64,000 bases of DNA from a virus, in the IMG/VR virus record IMGVR_UViG_3300044841_000066, positions 4,395-68,394 of that record; one strand, given 5' to 3'. Position numbers and translations under genes: made by a program. The notes under the pieces were generated by a model. That model ran no database searches and was not told the origin of the DNA. It was given only the letters and a program-made list of their open reading frames with translations. Positions 55,733 through 64,000 of this stretch are shown one piece after another. Numbering within the stretch: position 1 is the first letter of the stretch; each line of letters opens with the position of its first letter.

Positions 55733-56338
55733 TCAGACGTTGATGGACAGCTCGACATTGCCCAGCGCGTCGGCCGGACCATTGAACTGATAACGGTTGG
55801 GGTCGAGGGCTGCCGTACTCCCGCCGACAGCCGCCGCCTCAATGCCGCCCTGGATATGCGCACCCGAGGATGCGGCGCACCAGACGAAGACCGGCGACCC
55901 CTTGGAGACAATCGCCGATCCGGCCGGCAAAGCGGTGCTCATGATGTAGCCAGAGCGGAGCACATCGAGCGCGCCGGAAGTCGGCGGGGTGGCCGCACCG
56001 AAGGCCGCGCCGCCGTAAGCGGTGCCCGTCGACGCCTGCATCGGGAACGGGCGTACCGTTACCCCCCAGATGGAGGTGATGGCCGTGTCGGTCGTTGTGA
56101 ACGGCCGCACGCCATCAGTTGTCGGGTCGACGAGGACGGGTTGGCCGTAAGCCGTTGGCGGCGCGGCGGCATCGATCAAGACGGGTTCGATCGATGCCGG
56201 ATGCCCGCGGTTCACATCACCCGGGAAGCCGGCACCCATGCGGAATGCGAACGCCACATCGCGGGTACGCTGACGCCCCACGAATACGCCCTTCGGAGCA
56301 CTCATGCCCGCGAAGAGATCAACCAACCATTTGAACAC
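55733..56338 (-). CDS. Capsid decoration/cement protein
   Basis: RM..G.PG.V.R, VRP.P, LR.GY, G.VE; upstream of the MCP. Confidence 0.75.
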   Translation of the reverse strand: MFKWLVDLFAGMSAPKGVFVGRQRTRDVAFAFRMGAGFPGDVNRGHPASIEPVLIDAAAPPTAYGQPVLVDPTTDGVRPFTTTDTAITSIWGVTVRPFPMQASTGTAYGGAAFGAATPPTSGALDVLRSGYIMSTALPAGSAIVSKGSPVFVWCAASSGAHIQGGIEAAAVGGSTAALDPNRYQFNGPADALGNVELSINV

Positions 56339-56398
56339 TGCTGTAGCCTCCTGAATTGAAAGTCGTTGAAAGCGCCAGAGCGCCCGAATAGATCGGCC

Positions 56399-57880
56399 TT
56401 AGGTGACTTTGTACAGCTCCTTGGCCATCTTGTTGAGATCGGCCGGCGAGGTGATCTTGCCGCGTACCCCGCCGCCGCCCAGCGTACCGCGCAGAGCGGC
56501 ATCCCGACCGAAGCCATGCACCGCGGCGCCGCTGCCCTCACCCTTGTTGTTCAAGGCGCCGGCATGACTGGCAACGCTGGCCAGCATGATCTTGGCCGCG
56601 TCGCAGGTCATGCGTTTGTAGTCGGGCGCGCGACCCCCGTTCAGGCCTTCGATGACGCTGGCCAACTCGGGGCGCTTGCTGGCTTGCAGCAAGGTCTCGG
56701 TCCGCATGCCGCACATCTTGGAATAGGTGACAGCCGGACGGGCGGCGGTGTCGAAGGTCGGGTAGCGGGCGCCAGGGGTGATGATCTCGATCTGCGAGAC
56801 GAGCACCTGATAGGCATCACCGAGATACGCCGAGTCCTTGGCCTTGCGCGCCTTGTCATCGGTGCCCGGCGGGGCCTCCATGGCAAGCTTGCCCTCGATC
56901 GTCTCGTCATCCTTGGTTTCTTCGCGCTTCTTGCGCTCTTCCTCGGTCTCACCATCCCGCGCCCGATCTTCGCCTTCACCTGGGTCGCCAGCACCGCTAC
57001 CCGCGCCAGCGCCGGCACCCTGGACGAGCACGAGGATTTGCTTGACCGCGGCCTCAAGCGCACTCAAACGCGTGCCGACATCGCCGCCTGCGCCAGCGCC
57101 GGCCGCTGCGGGAGGCGGCGTACCCGCGCCTGCGCCCTCTTTGGGCGGGAACTCGTCGTTGCTTTCGGCCTTGGGTGCCGCGCCGCCACCGGGCAGATGC
57201 ACATGCACGTGATGCTCGCCACCGCCGCCCGCTTCCGGGTCCAGCTCGTTAGCCAGCGCCGCCACCTCATCCGCGGTCTTCGCCTTGAACGCCTGCATCA
57301 GCGCGTCTGTAAACCTGCTCATCCGTTTGCCCTTTCCTGGCTTTGGTAGTGAGTCACCGATACTGCAACGCGGTCCGCATCGTCCATCGACGACCCAGGC
57401 AGTATGGTTGACAATGATGTTGTTCTGGTAGCCTTCGCCCGGCCCGATCTCTTGATAGTCGGCATCGTAACCGACGCTGACTTCCACCTTCTCGTTGTCC
57501 CGAATGCCCTTGATCGTCTCGGGATCGGTGACCAGGATATCGCCGAGTACGCAGTCGTCGTCATCGCCGGTACCGCGGCGCGGGTTAAGGATGATCCCCT
57601 TCGCGAGCTTGGCCCATGTATCGGGCGTCACATCATCCTCGGGGTGATCGTCCGTAAATGGCTTGCCCTGATAGCTGGCCAGCGTCGAGGGCGCGAACAC
57701 CTCTTCCGGGCGCCGGTGAATGAGCACAATCTTGCTCCCCGACTTGGGCTTGATCGGGGTCTCGCCAGGGCCGTAGGTCATGACGCCTGTCCGCGCCAAG
57801 GGCACGTTCTCGCAGAGCAGATAGCCTTCGGGTGTCAACGAGCGATTGGCGCTCAGTCGCTCGGTTGTATAAAAGCGCAT
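56399..57880 (-). CDS. Prohead protease/scaffold (DUF2213-like)
   Basis: TPEGYLLC..VP.ARTG, GKP.T..HP, EVS.GY, NH.A.V..GRCG..C.IGD. Confidence 0.88.
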   Translation of the reverse strand: MRFYTTERLSANRSLTPEGYLLCENVPLARTGVMTYGPGETPIKPKSGSKIVLIHRRPEEVFAPSTLASYQGKPFTDDHPEDDVTPDTWAKLAKGIILNPRRGTGDDDDCVLGDILVTDPETIKGIRDNEKVEVSVGYDADYQEIGPGEGYQNNIIVNHTAWVVDGRCGPRCSIGDSLPKPGKGKRMSRFTDALMQAFKAKTADEVAALANELDPEAGGGGEHHVHVHLPGGGAAPKAESNDEFPPKEGAGAGTPPPAAAGAGAGGDVGTRLSALEAAVKQILVLVQGAGAGAGSGAGDPGEGEDRARDGETEEERKKREETKDDETIEGKLAMEAPPGTDDKARKAKDSAYLGDAYQVLVSQIEIITPGARYPTFDTAARPAVTYSKMCGMRTETLLQASKRPELASVIEGLNGGRAPDYKRMTCDAAKIMLASVASHAGALNNKGEGSGAAVHGFGRDAALRGTLGGGGVRGKITSPADLNKMAKELYKVT

Positions 57881-57887
57881 TACTCGG

Positions 57888-57915
57888 TTGCACCCGCGTT
57901 ATGAGTTGGGTATAT
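57888..57915 (+). promoter_or_regulatory. Putative sigma70-type promoter of the antisense islet
   Basis: TTGCAC-N16-GTATAT followed by CTAACTG. Confidence 0.7.
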
Positions 57916-57957
57916 CTAACTGGCGCGGCAATCTGCCGCACAGGAAAGGAATTCGAG

Positions 57958-58152
57958 ATGGGTAAGATCAAGATCACCATCGACCAAATCGGCGAAACCG
58001 CGTGGATTTGGGAGGTCAGATCGCGTTCCCAGGCGCGGGTGTATGCCTGCTCAGGATCGGATGGTGAATTCGGCTGCTTCGCCTCGATGGATAGCGCCTA
58101 CAATGACGCCAAGCGCTGGCTTGCGCTGGCAACCACAAAGGAATTGGTTTAA
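57958..58152 (+). CDS. Small hypothetical protein, antisense to the head operon
   Basis: GGAAAGGAA RBS. Confidence 0.7.
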   Translation: MGKIKITIDQIGETAWIWEVRSRSQARVYACSGSDGEFGCFASMDSAYNDAKRWLALATTKELV

Positions 58153-58439
58153 TGGCGATCCGCTACTTCAAGGGCACCGACGGCAGGATCACGGCCTTTC
58201 GCGCAAGCGAGTCGATGGCTTACACCGGGGTAATGACCAAGTCACCAAACCTCGCGCATCGCATCAGCTTTACAACCAGCTTCGCCAAGCCGCTTCCGGC
58301 CGGCTACTATCCCGTCGAGGAAATCACCGAGAGCGAATACCGCGCCCTACAGATGCTCAAGCTCGCCGAGGATGCCAAACGCTCGGCCAATCGTTCCAAG
58401 GGTCCACAGGATAGCTGGATACCCAACAAACGTGCCTGA
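58152..58439 (+). CDS. Small hypothetical protein, antisense to the head operon
   Basis: TAATG coupling; AAGGA RBS. Confidence 0.7.
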   Translation: MAIRYFKGTDGRITAFRASESMAYTGVMTKSPNLAHRISFTTSFAKPLPAGYYPVEEITESEYRALQMLKLAEDAKRSANRSKGPQDSWIPNKRA

Positions 58440-58442
58440 ACT

Positions 58443-58790
58443 CTAATTCGGCTTGAAGCTGGGGAAGGCGCGATGAATGCCTTCTGCCAGCTCTCGCGTG
58501 TCCAGCTCGGGATACTGCGTCATCGTGTTAACGATGAACTGCTCGATCCCCTTGCGCTCCATATCCGCCCTGAGCAGAAACACATCCCGCGATGAGGGGA
58601 TGATGATCGCCGTCATCACCGGGAAATCGATGTTCTGGTGCCGACAGCGGACGCGCGTCGAGATCAGGAGGTCGTTGATCTTGTGGAGCAGGCTGTAACC
58701 AAAAGCCTCGCTCTGGCGAATGGCCTCCATCCGCTCTTGTAACTCGCGCATGATGGTCGGGCCGAGTTCGGATTGCTCGATGTCGATCAT
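58443..58790 (-). CDS. Hypothetical protein
   Basis: ORF with phage-like codon usage. Confidence 0.6.
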   Translation of the reverse strand: MIDIEQSELGPTIMRELQERMEAIRQSEAFGYSLLHKINDLLISTRVRCRHQNIDFPVMTAIIIPSSRDVFLLRADMERKGIEQFIVNTMTQYPELDTRELAEGIHRAFPSFKPN

Positions 58791-58968
58791 TTGGTTCTGT
58801 CCGCTATTGGATGGCTATCTATACCATCCCAGGATGCCCGCATGGGCTGAGGTAGGACCATGCGGGCATCGCGCGGGGAAGGAACCAAGGCGAGGCGGGG
58901 CCGTGCGCCGCGAGCCTACCTTTCAAGCGGTAGCTGCATGGCCTCGATCAGATATACCCAGGCCGGAT

Positions 58969-59637
58969 TTACTGCTCGATCCAGACGATGGTGCAGGAGA
59001 GGATCGATCCCGCCGCCAACGCGGTCCCCAGGCCGGACAGCGCGAGCTGCTGTGCCGCCCCGCGAAGCACCACCGACTTGGCATTGTCGCGGGCGAACTC
59101 CCAATTGAGTTCCGCCACCGCCGCGCCCGCCGCGACGCTTGTACCCAGGATGCCGGAGCGCACGATGCCAACGAGTGTCCCCGTCGTCGGATTGGCCGAG
59201 TAAGCCGCCGCTACCGCTGTTGCCGCGACATCGCCGGCATCCATCGCCACAAGCTGCCCGCCGGCTGTGGCGGATGGTGTGATGACGGTTCCGGCGGTGT
59301 CCGCGGTGCTCCGCTTGACAAGCGCGATGGTGCCCGAGGCGGCGGCGGTCGAGACGCCTGAACAATTGACCCGGCGCAGATAGATCGTTTTCGTGGCCGA
59401 TCCCTTGAGCGTCATGAAATCGGTCAGCGCGGCGGCGGTTGTGATCGCCGGATAGGACACCGAATAGGTCACAAAGCGCACCGGCGCCTCGTAGTTCGCT
59501 GCGCCCGGCGCCGGCAGGACCTGGGACTGCGCCGACATAAGCGGGAAGAGGATCAGCGTCAGGACAGCGGCGAACACATAGGTGCTAATGTAGAGGCCAC
59601 GACCAACGAGCGCCCGAAGGCGGTGTACTTTCTTCAT
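58969..59637 (-). CDS. Ala/Thr-rich beta protein with long signal-peptide-like N-terminus
   Basis: AGGAG RBS; basic N-region, hydrophobic stretch, AQS cleavage-like site. Confidence 0.65.
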   Translation of the reverse strand: MKKVHRLRALVGRGLYISTYVFAAVLTLILFPLMSAQSQVLPAPGAANYEAPVRFVTYSVSYPAITTAAALTDFMTLKGSATKTIYLRRVNCSGVSTAAASGTIALVKRSTADTAGTVITPSATAGGQLVAMDAGDVAATAVAAAYSANPTTGTLVGIVRSGILGTSVAAGAAVAELNWEFARDNAKSVVLRGAAQQLALSGLGTALAAGSILSCTIVWIEQ

Positions 59638-59671
59638 TTCACTTGTCTCCTGTTTGGATTAAGCCGCCGCC

Positions 59672-59938
59672 TTACACATGCCGCGTTATGCGGCCATCGG
59701 GTGCGGTTTCTTCGTGCCGGATCACGCGAAACCCCGTAGAAGCGCCCGGCCCTAGCTTGTCCACGTGCTGCTTGCGCGCCATCTGCTGCGCTTCATTCTT
59801 GCTACCGGCCTCAACAGAATATTCGTGCTCTTTGCGCCGCGAGCTAAGCCCCGGTTGTGCCAAGGTAACTTTATGGACGCCTTTCTTCATGCCGGGAACA
59901 CCCGAGTCCGCTACATGAATGTGAATGTGGGTGATCAT
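59672..59938 (-). CDS. Small basic protein with HIHIH leader, paralogue 1
   Basis: MITHIHIHVADSGVPGMKKGVHK; ATGA overlap with the upstream gene. Confidence 0.7.
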   Translation of the reverse strand: MITHIHIHVADSGVPGMKKGVHKVTLAQPGLSSRRKEHEYSVEAGSKNEAQQMARKQHVDKLGPGASTGFRVIRHEETAPDGRITRHV

Positions 59939-60768
59939 GCGGCGCGCTCTCTCGGAATGACGACTTCAGCATAGCAGCGACAATTATAGATGCACCCAGG
60001 GTGCATCCGCTTACCGTTCTCGCTGGCGATCGGCGGGCTGTCCCAGCGCTGGAAGGTGCCTTCGAGCTTGCGATGCGATCCCAGCTTGAGCGTGTTTAAC
60101 CGGGCAAAGCCCTTGATGCCGATATGCGGCCGGACATCGGCATCGCCCACGTTGCGCCAGATGTAGCCGTCCGAGCCGATCCATTCGGCGCGGGCCTGGG
60201 TCAAGACGCTGGCGGTGCGCGCAGTTTCGGTTCTGGCGATCAGGGTGGCGCGGGATTTCGCGACCTCACCCGAGGCCATGATCATCTGATAGATGTCACC
60301 GCCCCTGGAACCCTCAGTTATGCCTCTCAAGGCAAGCTCATGCACGCGCTGAGCGGCTTCGAGCGGCAGGCTTGTAATTAGCGTCACTTGCTCGTCCAGC
60401 AAGCGTTGCATGATCTGCCCGGTCGGCGCCTCGGCAATCTCTTCGCGTAGGTTGCGGCCGATCTCGGCAGACTGCTCGAACCACATCTTTTCGTCGCGCT
60501 TGGCGACATCGGCCAGCATGCGGTTGGCTGTATTCCTGGCCCATGGCGCGATGATGCGGGAATACTCTTTCAACATCTGCTCGATGCCGGCGGCGGAGGC
60601 CGGGTCCTCGGGATTGAACGCGGAGGCCAGGAGGCCGATCTGGTCAGCGATCCGGCGTATCTGCGCGCCGTATTGGATTTCCGCATTGCGAGCGCGGGTA
60701 AAGCGTTCGCGCTGCGCACGCCGGGCTTTCTGCGCCGCTGCCCAGGCCTCTTGCGCGATCGTCGGCAT
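59935..60768 (-). CDS. Head morphogenesis protein (Mu gpF/SPP1 gp7-like)
   Basis: RA.LIARTET, Y.W..VGD..VR, HPG..YNCRC. Confidence 0.9.
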   Translation of the reverse strand: MPTIAQEAWAAAQKARRAQRERFTRARNAEIQYGAQIRRIADQIGLLASAFNPEDPASAAGIEQMLKEYSRIIAPWARNTANRMLADVAKRDEKMWFEQSAEIGRNLREEIAEAPTGQIMQRLLDEQVTLITSLPLEAAQRVHELALRGITEGSRGGDIYQMIMASGEVAKSRATLIARTETARTASVLTQARAEWIGSDGYIWRNVGDADVRPHIGIKGFARLNTLKLGSHRKLEGTFQRWDSPPIASENGKRMHPGCIYNCRCYAEVVIPRERAA

Positions 60769-60787
60769 TGTTTACTGCTGCTACGCC

Positions 60788-61099
60788 TTACTTCGCCCAG
60801 ACGCGCGGATTGGGGACATGCGCCTCGATGTTAACCTGATGATTGGTGGTGGGATGCGCATAATTGTGAACACCGCCATTCCTTGACGGCGCACGACCCG
60901 CTGTATACCCAGCGCTTTGTAGGCCGGCGCGAATAGCGGTCGATCCTGCTGCTGTTGTCACATGCGAATGTTCTTTGCCGCTCACAGGCGTCGCGTGCTG
61001 AGCAAGCAGGCCTTGTGCAGTCGGAACCGCTTTGTGAATGCCCCTCTTCATGCCGACAACACCGGCGTCGCTTGTATGGATGTGGATGTGCGTGATCAT
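60788..61099 (-). CDS. Small basic protein with HIHIH leader, paralogue 2
   Basis: MITHIHIHTSDAGVVGMKRGIHK; ATGA overlap with the portal gene. Confidence 0.7.
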   Translation of the reverse strand: MITHIHIHTSDAGVVGMKRGIHKAVPTAQGLLAQHATPVSGKEHSHVTTAAGSTAIRAGLQSAGYTAGRAPSRNGGVHNYAHPTTNHQVNIEAHVPNPRVWAK

Positions 61100-62595
61100 G
61101 CTGCCTGTCCCAATATTGGTTGCGTCTCACCGGGTAGCGGTTGGCCTTCGCCGACCTGCGGCAATCCCGATCCCATCATATTCGGACCCATCGCCAACCC
61201 CAACCCACCCAGGCCCGGCGGCGGGACGGCTTCGGCCTGCTCGATCATCTCGTCGGTGATGTTGGTGAACGTGCCCGTATCGCGGCCGATCTGGCGCAGC
61301 TCTTTCAGTGCGGTGGCCACATCGATGACGCCGGCGGCCTGCGCCTGTAGTACTGCAGCCGAGCGCACCGAAGCGATGTTGCCCTTTTGCTCAGGCGTCA
61401 TCTCCCACAGCGATTTGAACTTGAAATTGAAGTTCTCGGGGAGATTGATCCGCTCGCTCCTGGCAATCACCCGGAACAGCCAATCGAACGGCACGCGTAG
61501 CGAGCGCTCTTGCTGCTGCATGATGCCGTCGTAGTAGGTCCGTAGATCGCTTTCCCCTGACGAATTCATCCCGCCGGGCGATTGCCCGAACAGGCGCACG
61601 AGTGGGATTTGCAAGGCGCCGCTGAGCTGCTGGCCGAACTGTTGCAAGGCCTCGGACAAGCCGCTGAATGCCGAATGCGTCTGCGCGCCGAAATCGTCTT
61701 CGGCATCGATGACCGTTAGGCCCTCAATCCCTTGGAACCGCCGCATCATCTCCAAATACTTGATGATGCCGCCCGTTGCCTCGGGACCGCCCGCGACAGC
61801 TTCGCGGAAATCCTTGATCTTGATGTAGCGCAGGTAGGATTTGTAGACGAGCTGACTGGCGCCCTGGGTCGCGCTGTCGAATGCAATCATACGATCGTAG
61901 AGGCGTTCGAGCACCGACAGGCCCCACATATTCTCCTGCACGCGTTGCCAGTAGGGGAGGCGGATGCCCTCCATGCGAATGCAGCGCGAATGATGGATGA
62001 CAGCACCATTCAGGGCCGGGGCGCCGGTGGCCACCTTGTAAAACTTCGGGAGGCCGAGCGACGGACCGAAGGCTGTGATCAGATTACCCAGCGATGGTTC
62101 GACCATCCAGCGATCGAGCACAAGCAATCCCTTGAACTGTCCAGGCCGCACGCTCTGGATATTCAGTGGGGTGGCCGTATCCTGGCCATCGATCAACGCG
62201 ACCGCGATGCACCCACCATATAGCCGGGACCATTTGACTTCATCGCAGACGCCTTCCATAACGCCCAGGCGGACGATGGCGCCCTGTAGCTGCTCGGCGT
62301 CGTCAGGGGCCATTGTGGACAGGAAGTCGATGCCGCCGCGCGTCATGTCATCGGCGACGATGTCGACTGCTAGGCCGCCCAGCCAGGAACCCCGATGTAT
62401 CCACTCCAGCAGCGTATGCACGCGACTGATCGGATTGAAGCCGTAGGTCGAGGAACTTGTCGGGTTATCCGTCCCGACGCCCATGTTATGGAGAAAGTTC
62501 TGAAAGCTGTCCGAGGTCTTGGCGGCGTTCAGCGCGGCCTTCTCATCCCGGCGCGAGGTTTGCGCCGCGCCCTTGGCGGATACGCGCTTAACCAT
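61096..62595 (-). CDS. Portal protein (DUF1073-like)
   Basis: VD..ADDMTR, W.RLYGG, IP..RLFGQSP.G, GESD...YYD, F..LW. Confidence 0.9.
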   Translation of the reverse strand: MVKRVSAKGAAQTSRRDEKAALNAAKTSDSFQNFLHNMGVGTDNPTSSSTYGFNPISRVHTLLEWIHRGSWLGGLAVDIVADDMTRGGIDFLSTMAPDDAEQLQGAIVRLGVMEGVCDEVKWSRLYGGCIAVALIDGQDTATPLNIQSVRPGQFKGLLVLDRWMVEPSLGNLITAFGPSLGLPKFYKVATGAPALNGAVIHHSRCIRMEGIRLPYWQRVQENMWGLSVLERLYDRMIAFDSATQGASQLVYKSYLRYIKIKDFREAVAGGPEATGGIIKYLEMMRRFQGIEGLTVIDAEDDFGAQTHSAFSGLSEALQQFGQQLSGALQIPLVRLFGQSPGGMNSSGESDLRTYYDGIMQQQERSLRVPFDWLFRVIARSERINLPENFNFKFKSLWEMTPEQKGNIASVRSAAVLQAQAAGVIDVATALKELRQIGRDTGTFTNITDEMIEQAEAVPPPGLGGLGLAMGPNMMGSGLPQVGEGQPLPGETQPILGQAA

Positions 62596-62604
62596 TACTT
62601 CGGA

Positions 62605-62697
62605 TTACCCCAGAAACCAGTCAACCAGCGCAACAAGGACAGCGATGTCGGCGAGACAGAAAGCGAGCATGGCAGTAACGAACTGCCGATCACTCAC
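62605..62697 (-). CDS. 30-aa single-TM peptide
   Basis: MSDRQFVTAMLAFCLADIAVLVALVDWFLG; GTGA overlap with the upstream stop. Confidence 0.5.
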   Translation of the reverse strand: MSDRQFVTAMLAFCLADIAVLVALVDWFLG

Positions 62698-63131
62698 GGC
62701 GCCAAGGCCAGGGCGGCGGCCTGCGCGATCAGCGCGTCGGGAAATGGATTGTGACCATTCTCTTGGACAACGATCGCATGGATGATCGGCGCCAGCGTCG
62801 CAACATCGACCAGTTTATAGCTGTCATCGGGCGTCACATCACAGGCATGGCAGACATTCGTCACATACGACATCGTGTCGTTCTCGATGCGCGGCGCCCA
62901 GCGATAGATGAGTTCGCGGATCGACAGACAGCCATCCTTGCGCTGGTAGGTGAGCAGGGTCTTGCCGATCGCGCGCAGACCATGCAGATCGTCGACGAAT
63001 TGCTCAAACCGCGGATCGGTGAGCTTATCGTCGGGGAGGGCGCCCTGCCAGCCGGCGCGCGGATGCGAGCGATCGATGTTGCCGGGATTGTGATTGCGCA
63101 GGCCGCGCGGTATCTGGATCGAGGCGTTCAT
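62694..63131 (-). CDS. Lysozyme-like protein (RNxNPGNI family), endolysin candidate
   Basis: RGLRNHNPGNI, F.....G.RA, WAP..ENDT..Y, ENG; GGAG RBS. Confidence 0.75.
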   Translation of the reverse strand: MNASIQIPRGLRNHNPGNIDRSHPRAGWQGALPDDKLTDPRFEQFVDDLHGLRAIGKTLLTYQRKDGCLSIRELIYRWAPRIENDTMSYVTNVCHACDVTPDDSYKLVDVATLAPIIHAIVVQENGHNPFPDALIAQAAALALAP

Positions 63132-63132
63132 G

Positions 63133-64000
63133 TTATGGTTGTCTCCCCAACTGCGCCCAAAGTGCCGCGCCACCGCGGAAGATCATGGAAAAAGCCCGCG
63201 CCGATGCGTCGGATTGGTCCATCGTATCCCCAACAGGAGCGCTACTTAGCTCATCGATATACGCAGCATTCCAGGGACCGCGAACTAACTTCACATTGCC
63301 AACATTGACCTGAGAGGCGTAAGGCCCGGCTCTAGTCGCTTTGTCGCCTGTTTCCGGTGAGCTTTCGACAACATAGCCGGCCAGCTTGGTCGTCAGATAC
63401 TTCACTTGAAACTTACCCGCCTGCCCAGGGTCTTGCGGAAGGCCGACCCTGATCGAACGTCCATCCAGCTTGGCTGTATTAACAATAAGCTGCTCGACAT
63501 CTTCCGGATCAAAGCGCTTGCGCTGGACATCGGCCACAATGATCTGGTTGTCTGGCGTGCGCCCCATCTTGACGCCACAGGTATAGGCGGCATCTCTTGT
63601 GCCGATGTCTTTCGTTGCAGCAAGGTCCCAGCCTCGGGCAAAGGTGACGCCAAGCGGGATCGCATCGATGACGTCGAACTTGTGGGTCTTGAACAACGTG
63701 CCATCGCCGGCCCTTGGGTTCTGCTGGTAGAGCGATGACCACTCAAGCGAGGCGCCTTCGGCCAACAGATCGTCACGGATGATCTTGAGGCCTTCGCCAT
63801 ACCCGTAGGCGTCACCCAACCATAATGGTTCGTCGAGCTTGCGGCCGAGCGGATCATTGATCGAGGTTGCCAGGGCTGGGAGGTTGAGGATCTTCAACTT
63901 ATGCCCGTCACGCTTGAGTAGCCGGCCAGCGAGATCGTCCATGTGCCAGCGCGTATGCATCAGGATGATGCGCCCCTCGGGTTTGAGGCGGCGCGCGAGA
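63133..64000 (-). CDS. terL: Terminase large subunit, C-terminal part
   Basis: TRWH.DDL.GR, LYQQ.P, WDLA, QDPGQAGK, DQ.DA; upstream of the portal. Confidence 0.92.
   Translation of the reverse strand, partial: LARRLKPEGRIILMHTRWHMDDLAGRLLKRDGHKLKILNLPALATSINDPLGRKLDEPLWLGDAYGYGEGLKIIRDDLLAEGASLEWSSLYQQNPRAGDGTLFKTHKFDVIDAIPLGVTFARGWDLAATKDIGTRDAAYTCGVKMGRTPDNQIIVADVQRKRFDPEDVEQLIVNTAKLDGRSIRVGLPQDPGQAGKFQVKYLTTKLAGYVVESSPETGDKATRAGPYASQVNVGNVKLVRGPWNAAYIDELSSAPVGDTMDQSDASARAFSMIFRGGAALWAQLGRQP

Noticed and set aside
1-64000. Prophage or lysogeny module, tRNA genes
   Set aside because: No integrase, CI-like repressor, att-like junction, host flank or cloverleaf was recognised; the rest of the genome lies outside the window

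Overview
This window is most of the genome of a GC-rich tailed dsDNA phage with a contractile tail (myovirus). The host is probably alphaproteobacterial, inferred from promoter consensus and gene style. The + strand (about 0.5-31 kb) holds replication, recombination and DNA-modification genes: primase, sigma-like factor, sliding clamp, clamp loader, a PolA with a UDG-like N-domain and a LAGLIDADG intein, an HNH-type endonuclease, SSB, RecA, resolvase, SbcCD, and DnaB-like, SNF2 and UvrD helicases. Scattered among them is a complete 7-deazaguanine pathway (FolE, miniature QueD, QueE, QueC, QueF) with two unrelated TGT-fold DpdA-like transglycosylases, plus a DNA methyltransferase, NADAR, a SLOG protein and a degenerate MazG. 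The - strand (about 31-64 kb) is the morphogenesis and lysis arm: TerL, portal, head, neck, sheath, tube, TAC with a -1 frameshift, TMP, baseplate, several fibre/adhesin genes, an SGNH esterase and membrane/lysis genes. Two small antisense islets with their own promoters interrupt it. The strongest leads are the dual-transglycosylase guanine-replacement system, a shared GFF motif that may tether modification enzymes to the phage clamp, and a T-x-D / HIHIH leader code on head proteins and small putative cargo proteins. No integrase, tRNA or CRISPR array was recognised. All assignments come from motif recognition by eye, not from database searches.
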